Assembly: GCA_964543815.1 (NCBI GenBank)
Contig: CAZIZG010000001.1
Span: 39,828 to 103,827 of the forward strand
Direction: 5' to 3'
Length of the DNA: 64,000 nucleotides
From: an uncultured Bdellovibrionales bacterium
GTDB taxonomy: Bacteria; Patescibacteriota; Minisyncoccia; Moranbacterales; UBA1568
This document shows positions 37,394 to 47,669 of the stretch, in pieces (position 1 is the stretch's first letter; each line of letters begins with the position of its first letter). Made by a program: the position numbers and the translations under genes. Below the pieces are notes generated by a model that did not search any database, was not told the DNA's origin, and saw only the letters and a list, made by a program, of their open reading frames with translations.

Positions 37394-38521
37394 ATGCGCA
37401 TCCTTTTTATTTCTCGGGCTTTTCCCCCGGTTACCGGCGGAATTGAGAATCAAAATGCAGCACTCGCCGAGTGGCTTCCCAAGCATGCTACGGTACGCAC
37501 TCTCGCCAATCGTGGTGGTAAAGCCTTGCTGCCCTTGTTCACGCTTCGGGCTTTTTTCCAAGGTCTTTTTCTTATGCGACGTTATGATGTCATACTCCTC
37601 GGTGATGGCGTATTGGCACCGCTCGGTTTTGCTTTTCGATTCTTCGCCTGGAAAAAACCAATTGCCGTTGTCCTCCATGGACTTGATCTCACCTTTGCTA
37701 CCAAAAAAGGATTTCTGCCCACACTCTACGCCGGCTTGAATATTCCCTGTCTAAAAACACTCAGTCTCTACATCGCCGTGAGTAAAGAAACCCGCGCTGT
37801 AGCAGAAAAGCTCGGACTTGCCACTGAAAAATGCGTAGTCATTAATAATGGAATTGATCCTGATACCCTCACTGGTCAATATAGTCGCAGCGACCTTTCA
37901 GCCCTGCTTCAACAAGACCTCTCTCAAAAGCTTGTTTTGGTCCGGGTAGGACGCTATGTCAAACACAAGGGTAATGAATGGTTCATCAGAAACGTCATGC
38001 CCCTTCTCCCAGAAAACATCATCCTCGTAACAGCTGGTGCTGTGGTTAAAAGAAGCACCCCGGGAGATGCTGATATTTACCCGGCTTGCGTAGCTGCCGT
38101 CACGGAACTTCATCTCGAAGAAAGAGTCATCCTTCTCACCAACCTTGCCTGGAACGATATCAAGCTCCTGTACCACACTGCTGATATCATTGTATCACCA
38201 AACATTGAGGTGCCCGGAACGATGGAGGGCTTCGGTATTTCCGTTATCGAAGCCGCTCTTTGTGGCAGACCCGTTATCGCCTCAAATCTTCAGGGCTTAA
38301 AGGATGCTATCATAGAGAATGAGAATGGAGTACTCGTGCCACCAGGAGATGCCCAAGCTATCAAACAAGCCATAGAAAATTTAGTAGCCCACGAAGCAGA
38401 GCGGGAGGCGTTAAGCGAACGAGCAAAACGCTATACTCGTGAGCATTTTCACTGGCAGACTATTTCTCGAGAATACGTGACAGTCCTCGAGCGAATCACA
38501 CAACACAGTTCCTCGCTATGA
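37394..38521 (+). CDS. glycosyltransferase family 1 (GT4)
   Basis: 'EGFGISVIEAALCGRPVIASN'. Confidence 0.8.
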   Translation: MRILFISRAFPPVTGGIENQNAALAEWLPKHATVRTLANRGGKALLPLFTLRAFFQGLFLMRRYDVILLGDGVLAPLGFAFRFFAWKKPIAVVLHGLDLTFATKKGFLPTLYAGLNIPCLKTLSLYIAVSKETRAVAEKLGLATEKCVVINNGIDPDTLTGQYSRSDLSALLQQDLSQKLVLVRVGRYVKHKGNEWFIRNVMPLLPENIILVTAGAVVKRSTPGDADIYPACVAAVTELHLEERVILLTNLAWNDIKLLYHTADIIVSPNIEVPGTMEGFGISVIEAALCGRPVIASNLQGLKDAIIENENGVLVPPGDAQAIKQAIENLVAHEAEREALSERAKRYTREHFHWQTISREYVTVLERITQHSSSL

Positions 38522-40485
38522 CCCCCCTCATCATCACCCTCGTCTTTTGTATCGCCATCACTGTTCTTTTTTTGTTGCCAGGTTTTTTTCTGTTGCGCGT
38601 ATTTCTTGAAAAACCACTTTCTACTCTCCCTACCTGGTGCCTCTCGCTTGCCCTTGGCCTGGGTTTTTTGAATTTTCTCATGATTCTCATGGGAAAAACC
38701 AGCATCCATTATACGTTCACCTCCCTCTCAATCGCGCTTTTCTCAGCCGTATTCACTCTCTTCCTTGGATCACTTCTCTATCGAAGATTTTTTTTGCGCA
38801 CCTCCCCCAAAAAAACATCTGAGGAATCATCACTCTCCTTCTCACACACCCAAACCGGCCTCTTTATCATACTTCTTGTAATAACAGTGCTCATCAAGAC
38901 AATCTACCTCTCCCACGCCATTCTTCCCACCGCTACTGATCTTGGTCATCACATGTACTGGTCAAAAGTTATTGCTGAATCTGGAACATTACCCACCTAC
39001 GAAAAATCTGACATTGTCACTGATATCAACGGTAACTACCAAATAGCTTCTCCCGAACCCATTGCCGATTTTATTATTGGCGAACACTTGCCGTTTGCTG
39101 CTATTTATCTTTTCACCGGCATTGACTTCCTCTCAGCTTTTCCCATCCTCTTTCTCCTATTCATCAACCTCATGTCAACACTTGCTTTGGTAGTGCTGGC
39201 TCAAAGCTTTGCCCAAGACCTGAAAGGGCACTTCCTTCATTCCAGGCTGTTTACTCGGGAAAATATTGCTCTGGCCACCCTGTTCTTTTTTGGGCCACTC
39301 TATACGCTGGCATCACCTCAGGCCAAGTTCGTTTCCGGTGGCGTCGTAGGAAACACCCTTGGTAATTTTTTCATGCCAGTTATCTTCTACGCTTTTTATA
39401 GAGCTCTCCGTGAGAAACGCTCTGATTTTCTTGCGCTTGGAATGCTACTCACTTTTTCCCTTGCCTACATACACCATTTAAGCACCCTCATGACCTTGTT
39501 CGTACTTATCGGTGTAGCCGTGACTTCACTCATCATTCGATTCAATTCTTTCACCGAAACTCTCCGTTCCTGGTTTGAACTCATTCTTCGACCAAAGCCA
39601 CTCCTCGTACTCCTGTCTGCTTGTATTTTCTTTTTTGGAATAGCGCTGCCGACCTATATCGAAACACACGCTGTAGGCACCGCTCTCGGCACCCCTACCA
39701 AGACTACTCGCACTGGTCTGTCGTTTTATCAAATCACATTTTCATCTGGCGAAACTCGCGTCGCCCTCGGTCTCATAGGGATGTTCCTTCTCGCAGCCCT
39801 CAGTGCACGTAAAACATATGCCAGTGCATTTCTACTCGGATGGGGAGGTATACTCAGCGTTATGACATTTCGACCTAATCTCCTTTTCATCAATATACCC
39901 TCTAACCGAATCGGCGCTTATCTCTCATTTCCCCTTGGACTCCTCGCCGCCGTAGCATTCATCGGTTTTTTCGCTCTCGCCATTTCTCAGACTAAAAAAC
40001 ATCTCCTCCTTCCCGGTTTTCTTTTTCTCATTATGGCATTCTCTTCGTTTTTCTTTGCTCTCGGTAGCGGAAGTTATGACAATGGCCAAACGCTTCTTCC
40101 AAACAGTAAGGCGCAGTCTGCCCTAGAAACATTCACCGCCTCTCGATTTCTCGCTGTCCATACCACAGCCGATGATGTTATTCTGAAAGACCACAACTAT
40201 ATCACCGCTGATTCCTGGATGAAATTATTCTTTTTACGTGGCTATACCTACCCACTCTCCCGTGGCTTCTTTAAGCGCTATGAGGACAACCCGAATCGCG
40301 AACAATGCACTCTTCTCATGATTTCAGTCCCTAATACCGCCCGTGGGGAAAAATGCTACACTGAAACTGGTACCAATTATGTCGTCGTCAATCCTAAATT
40401 TGATATTACCCCCTTCGAAAAATCAGCTCGTTTCAATCGCATCTATGCCTCCGAAAGCATCCATATCTACCAACGAACACCATGA
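38518..40485 (+). CDS. large polytopic membrane protein (putative GT-C glycosyltransferase/polymerase)
   Basis: 655 aa with more than 12 TMs and a C-terminal soluble domain. Its ATG overlaps the previous stop. Confidence 0.5.
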   Translation: MTPLIITLVFCIAITVLFLLPGFFLLRVFLEKPLSTLPTWCLSLALGLGFLNFLMILMGKTSIHYTFTSLSIALFSAVFTLFLGSLLYRRFFLRTSPKKTSEESSLSFSHTQTGLFIILLVITVLIKTIYLSHAILPTATDLGHHMYWSKVIAESGTLPTYEKSDIVTDINGNYQIASPEPIADFIIGEHLPFAAIYLFTGIDFLSAFPILFLLFINLMSTLALVVLAQSFAQDLKGHFLHSRLFTRENIALATLFFFGPLYTLASPQAKFVSGGVVGNTLGNFFMPVIFYAFYRALREKRSDFLALGMLLTFSLAYIHHLSTLMTLFVLIGVAVTSLIIRFNSFTETLRSWFELILRPKPLLVLLSACIFFFGIALPTYIETHAVGTALGTPTKTTRTGLSFYQITFSSGETRVALGLIGMFLLAALSARKTYASAFLLGWGGILSVMTFRPNLLFINIPSNRIGAYLSFPLGLLAAVAFIGFFALAISQTKKHLLLPGFLFLIMAFSSFFFALGSGSYDNGQTLLPNSKAQSALETFTASRFLAVHTTADDVILKDHNYITADSWMKLFFLRGYTYPLSRGFFKRYEDNPNREQCTLLMISVPNTARGEKCYTETGTNYVVVNPKFDITPFEKSARFNRIYASESIHIYQRTP

Positions 40486-40847
40486 AATTCGTCTCGTCTG
40501 AAAAACTTATACTCGCGGTTTTCCTCGCTCTCTTTTTCACGAGCGCTACCTATCTTTTTTGGCAAAATAACCAAGAGCTTAATCCTGACCAGGATAAGAA
40601 CTGGTGGGCACTTTCTTTTGCTGTCCCCGAAGACCAAAGCAGCCTCTCCTTTGTCATTGAAAATCACAGTGATTATCAATCGTTCCATTATCAAATAGAG
40701 AGTGACCGAGTCCTGCTAGAAGAACGCGATATCATTATTCCAAGCGGGAGTAACACCGCAGTTACCCCCGAAATCACCGCCCGATTGAATGCACGAACAA
40801 ACATTATCGTCACTACTCCGTCAGGAAAAAAAATCATCTACCGTTAA
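40482..40847 (+). CDS. membrane-anchored hypothetical protein
   Basis: 121 aa, N-terminal TM. Start overlaps the previous stop. Confidence 0.4.
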   Translation: MKFVSSEKLILAVFLALFFTSATYLFWQNNQELNPDQDKNWWALSFAVPEDQSSLSFVIENHSDYQSFHYQIESDRVLLEERDIIIPSGSNTAVTPEITARLNARTNIIVTTPSGKKIIYR

Positions 40848-40858
40848 CTGGCAATTCT

Positions 40859-41977
40859 ATGTTCAAAAAAGTCCTGCTCGCGACTCGTCCTCTCGTGCCC
40901 CCATGGGATGAGGCTTCTAAAAACTTTGCCTATTTCCTTGGCAAAGAAGTCCGTGACCATCAGCTCACTCTCCTGGCTTCTCACCAGCCACTGACTGGAC
41001 TTCCCGAAAGTGCCAACCAGATTGCACTGTTTGAAACGGGTCATTTCAATTTCAAAGCAAAATACCGACTTTTTTCGTACCTGCGTACTGCCCGAAACGA
41101 GTTTGATATCACTCATTATTTATTTACTCCCACCAAACAAAATACTCGCCTCATTAGACTTTTCGCTAAACCTACCAAAGGCAAGACACTCCAAACGGTT
41201 GCTACGCTTCGTGATGACCTCTACTCTGATCGAGCCCTCCGCAAACTCCTTTTTGCTGACCACCTTGTTGTTTACACGGACCGATCTAAAGAAAAACTCA
41301 ACCGACTCGGATTTGATAATGTGACCCGGATTTACCCAGGTATCGATCTTGATCGTTACCGTCCAATGGGTAAGAATACCAATGTTTTGACTGAACTTGG
41401 ACTCAAACCAGAACATTTTGTTGTTCTCTATCCCGGAGAATATGTCCGATTAGGTGCGACTGATATGCTCACCGAAGCATTCCTCTCGTATTTCTCGGAG
41501 CATCCCGAAACCAATCTTCGCTTTGTTTTTGCCTGCCGAGTAAAAAATGAGGCTGATCATAAAAAGAAAGTGGCTGTCCACCGACGTTTCGCCGAGGCTA
41601 GCCTTCTTGATTATGTAGCCTTTTCGGATACTATCTCTGATATGCCCAGCCTCTACAACTCAAGCGACCTCGTCATTTTTCCGGTTGAAAATCTCAACGG
41701 AAAATTTGACGTCCCACTCATCATCATCGAAGCCTACGCTTGCGGAAAACCAGTTATTCTCTCAGATTTACCCCAATTTCGTGAGTTTGCAAACAGTAAT
41801 ATTTGTGTTACCATCCCAAAGGATAATGGCGCTAAATTAATCGAAAAAATAGCTTATTTAAAGCAAAATATTGAAGAGCAACAGCGAATTGGTGATAATG
41901 CCCGACGTTTCGTCAAGGATCATTTTGATCTCAAAAACACCGCCAAACAGTACGAGGAAATCTATTCGTCTCTCTAA
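40859..41977 (+). CDS. glycosyltransferase family 1-like (GT4)
   Basis: C-terminal 'FPVENLNGKFDVPLIIIEAYACGKPVILSD'. Confidence 0.65.
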   Translation: MFKKVLLATRPLVPPWDEASKNFAYFLGKEVRDHQLTLLASHQPLTGLPESANQIALFETGHFNFKAKYRLFSYLRTARNEFDITHYLFTPTKQNTRLIRLFAKPTKGKTLQTVATLRDDLYSDRALRKLLFADHLVVYTDRSKEKLNRLGFDNVTRIYPGIDLDRYRPMGKNTNVLTELGLKPEHFVVLYPGEYVRLGATDMLTEAFLSYFSEHPETNLRFVFACRVKNEADHKKKVAVHRRFAEASLLDYVAFSDTISDMPSLYNSSDLVIFPVENLNGKFDVPLIIIEAYACGKPVILSDLPQFREFANSNICVTIPKDNGAKLIEKIAYLKQNIEEQQRIGDNARRFVKDHFDLKNTAKQYEEIYSSL

Positions 41978-42199
41978 ATAAAAAGTGCACCTTTTATCAA
42001 CGAAAAGATTTTCCTTTTCTTACCACTTTCGTTCCGTCGAACATTTCTTTACTCGCTGCGCCAAACAGGGAACTGTCATGCACAGGATGTCAGTCACGTT
42101 CGACTGTTACCGGCACACTCATAAGAAATGTTACCGACATCACACGGAGAAAGAAAATGAAAATCTTTCCATCTCAAAAAATTATCTTGATCAAAAGCT

Positions 42200-43705
42200 A
42201 TGTACGAACCAAATATTACCAAGCTTTCAGAGCACAAAAGCGAATTCCGGACCGAGAAGATGAAGGTCCCAGTTGTCTTCCATGTGGGTGAAAAACTGAT
42301 GCCCGGCGATGACACCATGAAACAACTCGAAAGCGTTGCTGGAAATGACTGCATCTTTCATCATGTCGCTGCTATGGCTGATGTACACTCAAAACCGGGT
42401 CGCAAAAATGCTACTGGTACCACCGTCACATCTGAAAAATTTATTCTGCCTCAGGTAAACGATAGCGACCCAGCCTGTGGAATGCGTCTCGTTCGTCTTA
42501 ACCTCGATGATACTAATATTACTCCCGCAGAGATCGAGCGTGTCTTTCAGGTGGCCACCAAAACCGTCCCCACTAAAAAATACGTCGGGACTATTTTGCC
42601 GTTTCGCGTCATTATTGATATCTGCCGCCTCGGTATCGCCCCCCTCATCGAATATCTCAGCATCAAAACAAAAAATGAGGCTGAAAACAGCATTGATCGT
42701 GGCAATTTCTTTGATGAAGCTCCTACTCGTCGAGGCATCATGAATATCATTCCGCCACTCTTTCTCTTTTTTGCCCAGTTTCGCTCGGGCATTATCGGGG
42801 CAGCTGGCAACCACTTTCTTGATCTCATGAAAGTAACCGAGATAGTTGATCCGGTAGTGGCAGAAAAATTTAATCTTCGAAAAGGTCAGTATATCCTCAT
42901 GGTTCACTGTGGATCAGGCATCCTCGGACAATACACCATGTATATGTTTACCGCCAAAAAGCGTGAACACCTCTCTACTGCTATTCTCATGAATATCGGA
43001 CGCCTCTTCTGGTTCACGCCATTCAAAAAAACCATTCAGGCTATTGCTCAAAAAATTCGCCAGTCAGATTTTGGAAAAAAAGAACCGCTCATTACTTTTG
43101 ACGGCGCACAGGAAGACGGTCATTTATATATGGCTGCCCGCCGTGCCTGTTCCAATTTTGCCCACGCCAATCGGGCCACGATTACACACAACTTTGTCAC
43201 TACCGCTGAGAAGGTTCTTGGTCGATCCATCGAGGCCGACCTTCTCTACGACATGCCCCATATTCTCGTATCCCAAGAAGAACACTATGACAAACAAGTC
43301 TGGGTACACCGCAATGGTACTAGTCGCGCCTACGGACCAAGTCGCATGGCCAACCATCCCACCTTCAAAACCACAGGCGAACCCGCTTTTATTCCAACCT
43401 CTATGAGCACTGAAGCCTACCTGTGTGTTGGCCAAGATGGTAATGAATCAAGTTTTTATTCCTGTAACCATGGCGCTGGAAAGGCCGCAAAGAATTCCGA
43501 GACTGAGGTACCGGAAAATAAAAAAGCACTCCATGAAAAACTAGCGACTCGGGGAGTAAAACTCTACAATGGCCAATCCTCGAAGGTTATCGAACAAGAT
43601 TCATCACACTACAAACGAGCAGAGGACGTCATCGAAAGCGTTGTAGCCAATGGCGTCGTAAAACCCGTGGTAAAACTACAACCCATTTCGGTTATCATGT
43701 ACTAA
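42200..43705 (+). CDS. rtcB: RtcB-family RNA ligase
   Basis: N-terminus is collinear with E. coli RtcB. Motifs 'AAMADVH', 'DPACGM' (DIGCGM), 'GAAGNHFLD' (GNHFxE), 'HANRATITHNF', 'HRNGTSRA' and 'CNHGAGKA' (NHGAGR). Confidence 0.75.
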   Translation: MYEPNITKLSEHKSEFRTEKMKVPVVFHVGEKLMPGDDTMKQLESVAGNDCIFHHVAAMADVHSKPGRKNATGTTVTSEKFILPQVNDSDPACGMRLVRLNLDDTNITPAEIERVFQVATKTVPTKKYVGTILPFRVIIDICRLGIAPLIEYLSIKTKNEAENSIDRGNFFDEAPTRRGIMNIIPPLFLFFAQFRSGIIGAAGNHFLDLMKVTEIVDPVVAEKFNLRKGQYILMVHCGSGILGQYTMYMFTAKKREHLSTAILMNIGRLFWFTPFKKTIQAIAQKIRQSDFGKKEPLITFDGAQEDGHLYMAARRACSNFAHANRATITHNFVTTAEKVLGRSIEADLLYDMPHILVSQEEHYDKQVWVHRNGTSRAYGPSRMANHPTFKTTGEPAFIPTSMSTEAYLCVGQDGNESSFYSCNHGAGKAAKNSETEVPENKKALHEKLATRGVKLYNGQSSKVIEQDSSHYKRAEDVIESVVANGVVKPVVKLQPISVIMY

Positions 43706-43709
43706 CACC

Positions 43710-44318
43710 ATGCGCTTTATTTCTTTTTCAGGAGTTGATGGTTCTGGGAAATCCACCCAACTCGAGCTCCTCCGTACCAAGCTCGTGAGCCAAGGTAAAA
43801 AAGTAGCTTATTTCCATGCTATCGAGTTTTCTCTTGCCAATAAACTCTCTCGCTATTGGAAACGGCAACAATCCTTTGTCCCAGGAAATGAGACGGCAGT
43901 CACTACGGCCTCATTTTTTTCTACTCTTCTTCGTGAAAAATTTCTTCTCATCGACATGCTCCGCTTTCGATTCCTGTATCATTCATTGAAAAATCAGGGG
44001 TATGATTATCTCCTTTCTGATCGATCATTTTATGATTCTCTCATTCACATTGCTTTTCTCTCTGATCACTGGCTTATCCATATCGGACTAAAAGTTCTTG
44101 ATGTCTTTTTACCACGTGCTGATATGGCACTCTACTTCAACCTCCCTCCCGAGGTTATTATGAATCGCGAACGCGTCCCCGAACAGGGCCTCTCCTATCT
44201 CGAGGCTAAGACACGACTCTTTGAGGAAAAAGCTCCCGACTGGAAAATGATTACTATTGACGCCAATAAAGACAGAGAGCTTCTGAACCAAGAAGTCCAA
44301 AAATTACTCGCTCTTTGA
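43710..44318 (+). CDS. P-loop kinase of the thymidylate kinase/deoxynucleoside kinase superfamily
   Basis: P-loop 'FSGVDGSGKST' and 'LLSDRSFYDSLIHIA' (DRY/ERS motif). Lacks the canonical Tmk 'TREPGGT'. Starts 5 nt after the rtcB stop. Confidence 0.6.
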   Translation: MRFISFSGVDGSGKSTQLELLRTKLVSQGKKVAYFHAIEFSLANKLSRYWKRQQSFVPGNETAVTTASFFSTLLREKFLLIDMLRFRFLYHSLKNQGYDYLLSDRSFYDSLIHIAFLSDHWLIHIGLKVLDVFLPRADMALYFNLPPEVIMNRERVPEQGLSYLEAKTRLFEEKAPDWKMITIDANKDRELLNQEVQKLLAL

Positions 44319-45832
44319 ACGAATATTTCAACTTGAATTCCGCTATGAAAAAATTCTCCCAGGCTCTCGTTTGGTTAACGCTGTCCGAGGTCATCTACAA
44401 CATCGGTGGCTATATTATTCAATCTTCCCTCGGTCGTATCCTCGGCCCAGAAGAGTATGGCCGGTACGGTCTCGTGGTAACCCTCACGACAATGATTATC
44501 ATTCTCATTGGCAATGGTATCCCCACAGCCATGTCTAAATATCTGAGTGAGGTCTTTGCGTCACATCCAGAGAAGATTCTCGGTATTAAATATCAGGCCA
44601 TGCGTCTCCAGTTTGTCCTCATGTTTACTGTCACGATTATTTTTTTTCTGGCGGCCCCACTCATCGCCCGGGCACTCCATGACCCTACCCTGACGCCACT
44701 TTTCCGATTTTCCTCACTAATTATTCCAGCCTTCGCTGCGGCTTCATTTTATTTCTACTACTATACTGGCCTGCATTTTTTCCGATTACAGGCATTTCTC
44801 AAAACGATTCGTTCTCTGGCTCGCGTACTCTTTATTGTCGGCTTTGCTTATTTCTACGGAGTACATGGCGCCATCTCGGGCTATATCGCTGCACCACTTT
44901 TTGTTTTTGCTGTCGCTCTCCTCTGTGATTTCATCGCCACTCATCGCTACTTTCCTACCCTCAAACAATCTTCGTTTCAGTCAACAGCTCTTTTTTCCGG
45001 AAAAACGCTCCTTGCTTATGCTTGGCCCCTCACCCTCTTCCTTCTTTTTTATGAATTCATCCTTACTCTCGATCTGTACTTCGTCAAGGCACTCCTTGGT
45101 AGCGACTATTTGACCGGCATCTACAATGCCGCTATTACTGTCGGACGCATACCGTACTATCTCTTCTACGCTCTCACTATTATCCTTCTTCCCGCTATTT
45201 CTAAAACAACCGCCGAACGGGATACCAAAGAAACAGAAGCGCTCGTCAATAAATCACTCCGTCTCATGACCTTTCTCCTGTTTCCCTTGGTCACGCTCCT
45301 CATCGCCTACGCCAACCAGTCGCTTCACTTTTTCTATGGGGCAAAATACGCCGAGGCGGTGATACCAATGAGTATCTATGCTATCGGTGTAGGGTTCCTA
45401 ACTGTTTTTTATGTTCTCTCTTTTGCTCTGAATGGAGCCGGCCTGGTAAAAATTCCCATGAAACTCACTCTAGCTGGTCTCGTTGGTATGGTGACGCTTA
45501 ACTTTCTCTTGATTCCTCAGTACCAACTTGTTGGTGCTGCTCTTTCAACTACACTTGTTTCTCTCGTCTTGATGGCTGGAATTTTGTACTACACCGAACA
45601 TCATTTTCATGTTCATCTTTCACTCCGAATGGTTATTGTTTCTTGCTTGAGCTCAATCTTCCTCGCTCTCTGTGCTCAAGTTCTCCCTCACGGAACCCTC
45701 AGCTTTTTTCTCTCTGGATCAGTACTGTTTCTTCTTCATTTCGTCATCTTAAAACGCACTGGGATACTCACCGAGCATGACCTCGCACCCCTACTCAAAT
45801 TGCTTCCCAGAAATAAACGCTCACAAACCTAG
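44315..45832 (+). CDS. Wzx-type oligosaccharide flippase (MOP superfamily)
   Basis: More than 12 TMs and an N-terminus typical of PF01943. The TTG start overlaps the kinase stop as TTGA. An alternative start is ATG 44345. Confidence 0.7.
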   Translation: MNEYFNLNSAMKKFSQALVWLTLSEVIYNIGGYIIQSSLGRILGPEEYGRYGLVVTLTTMIIILIGNGIPTAMSKYLSEVFASHPEKILGIKYQAMRLQFVLMFTVTIIFFLAAPLIARALHDPTLTPLFRFSSLIIPAFAAASFYFYYYTGLHFFRLQAFLKTIRSLARVLFIVGFAYFYGVHGAISGYIAAPLFVFAVALLCDFIATHRYFPTLKQSSFQSTALFSGKTLLAYAWPLTLFLLFYEFILTLDLYFVKALLGSDYLTGIYNAAITVGRIPYYLFYALTIILLPAISKTTAERDTKETEALVNKSLRLMTFLLFPLVTLLIAYANQSLHFFYGAKYAEAVIPMSIYAIGVGFLTVFYVLSFALNGAGLVKIPMKLTLAGLVGMVTLNFLLIPQYQLVGAALSTTLVSLVLMAGILYYTEHHFHVHLSLRMVIVSCLSSIFLALCAQVLPHGTLSFFLSGSVLFLLHFVILKRTGILTEHDLAPLLKLLPRNKRSQT

Positions 45833-45904
45833 AGCTTGATTCTTTTTTGAGAGCGGCATACACTCGAGGTACGACGCACCGTCCCGATGCGTAAGGAGAC
45901 GGAC

Positions 45905-46057
45905 ATGATTCCCTCCGCGCTCAGTTTCTGGCTTTGGCCATTCGAACTCTATGCTCAAGTCCTGGGCAAGAACGAGTTGCTACAACAGCAGCTGAAACAC
46001 AACGCTCTCCTGCTCACTGATGCCGGACAACGCTTCCGTTCTTTGTTCTCGTTCTGA
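45905..46057 (+). CDS. small GC-rich ORF (50 aa) with a strong SD
   Basis: AAGGAG at 45893-45898, then a 6-nt spacer and ATG. Below the 60-aa cutoff of the ORF track. A T-run follows at about 46102. Confidence 0.3.
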   Translation: MIPSALSFWLWPFELYAQVLGKNELLQQQLKHNALLLTDAGQRFRSLFSF

Positions 46058-46127
46058 ACCGAACAAAACGATCACCCGAGATGCTCGCCTGAGCTCCCGG
46101 GTTTTTCATCTCCAATAAGTATTTCAT

Positions 46128-47669
46128 CTACCAACGATACACTTCGATTGCTCCCCGCACCTGAGCATTACTCACTTGCTCCATGTTTTTCTTGAAGTAC
46201 AACTCAGCATCATGTGATATGTAGTCATAATCATTCGTTGAGAGAATCGCCCAACCGTGTGGATGCTCCGCTACCATTGTCTGCACTTCCGCAAGAGAAA
46301 GCTTGGCTTGCGATAATTCGCCACCAAAATCATACACCTTGACCTTGGCCCCTGACCAATAGTAATTCCGAAAGTTACGAGTGAGAAGCACGTCTTCGGG
46401 CCCTTTATTTTTTTTGAAATAGTCAAACACCTTGCGATAATTCGGATTTCCGCCCGTTGACGTCTCATGATACGTATTGTTCTCTTCCAGGAAATAACCG
46501 TAATGAGGGATAAGGAGCAGAGCAAAAAGAAGTGTCACCACAACACGTCGCGCACCGAACACGCCCAGATGTTCACGTACCACTCGCAACACTCCGTAGA
46601 CACCACAGGCCACCAAAAGCATGAGAAATGACTGGGCAAAGAATATGTATTGTGCCCCAACATTTCGCTTCCAGAACCAGACCGCAAGTGCCAAAGGCAC
46701 CAATGTAGCAAGGCTCAGGAAAAGCGCTTCCTGAGGTCGTTTTAGGTCCTTCCAGAGGGTTTTAACACCAAAAATAGCGAGAAGGATGGCGAGAAGCGGC
46801 TGAGAGTAGTCACGAAAAAAATATCCGAAATAAGAGTAGTGATTATCGAACCAGGTTATTTCCTTGGTGAACACTCGTGCGCTTTCAGGAAAAAATATGA
46901 GGGTGATGACCAAGAAAAGCATGGCTCCACCAACCGTAATGGCATATTTCTGCCGCAGGGTGTCAGTTTTCCGCCACACACCATAGGCCGACAAAACAAG
47001 ATAACTCCCGAAAATAGGTACGATATTAACTGAGAGACTGTGCGTCAATAAACTACAGACACCGAGAACAATACTCACTGCCAACGCCACTGGGTGAAGC
47101 CCAAAACGCTTGGCGAAACCAAGAAGTATTTTTCCCTTTCCGGTATACACTCGTTCAAACGTGGCAAACAGTGCCGTAGCAAACAAAAGAAAGACCGGAA
47201 AAAACATAGCGTACATCCGTAATCGTCGATCCAGAATAATTCCGGAAATGCTCACTGCAAAAAGAAAGGCGGCTATTAGTCCAACGGTACGCTTTCTCGT
47301 ATAAAAATATCCCGCCCAATAGAGAACTAGTATGGAGAAAACACCCCAAAAAACACTCACGAGCCGGGCACTTCCTTCCGTTGGAGCAAGGACATGAAAG
47401 AGTGCTGCTACCTGAACTTTGTAGAGAATGGCCCGCTCATCTCGAGCATCATTTAGGTTCATCTCCGCCGGCTTACCATAATTAAAGTCCCAGGCCTGCC
47501 ACTTCCCTGTTTGGAAATACCCGTAGCTACTATTCATGTCGAGAAATTCGTCTGCTACGAATGAATTATTTCCGAGTTGATACAGTCGCGTCCCGGCTCC
47601 GAGTACCACTATCAGACACAGGATTTGCACTGTTCGTTTCCAAGTGAGAGACATACGCATCAAAATCAC
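46128..47669 (-). CDS. GT-C membrane glycosyltransferase (PMT/ArnT, GT39/83-like)
   Basis: First-loop 'SFVADEFLD' DE motif and more than 10 TMs. Confidence 0.7.
   Translation of the reverse strand: MILMRMSLTWKRTVQILCLIVVLGAGTRLYQLGNNSFVADEFLDMNSSYGYFQTGKWQAWDFNYGKPAEMNLNDARDERAILYKVQVAALFHVLAPTEGSARLVSVFWGVFSILVLYWAGYFYTRKRTVGLIAAFLFAVSISGIILDRRLRMYAMFFPVFLLFATALFATFERVYTGKGKILLGFAKRFGLHPVALAVSIVLGVCSLLTHSLSVNIVPIFGSYLVLSAYGVWRKTDTLRQKYAITVGGAMLFLVITLIFFPESARVFTKEITWFDNHYSYFGYFFRDYSQPLLAILLAIFGVKTLWKDLKRPQEALFLSLATLVPLALAVWFWKRNVGAQYIFFAQSFLMLLVACGVYGVLRVVREHLGVFGARRVVVTLLFALLLIPHYGYFLEENNTYHETSTGGNPNYRKVFDYFKKNKGPEDVLLTRNFRNYYWSGAKVKVYDFGGELSQAKLSLAEVQTMVAEHPHGWAILSTNDYDYISHDAELYFKKNMEQVSNAQVRGAIEVYRW

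Noticed and set aside
41985-42263. 92-aa ORF, plus a 44-codon ORF with a GGAGA SD (ATG about 42157), in the gap before rtcB
   Set aside because: The RtcB N-terminus aligns to E. coli RtcB from the ATG at 42200. The upstream frames have no conservation signal and overlap the probable rtcB promoter and 5' UTR. At most they are a leader peptide.
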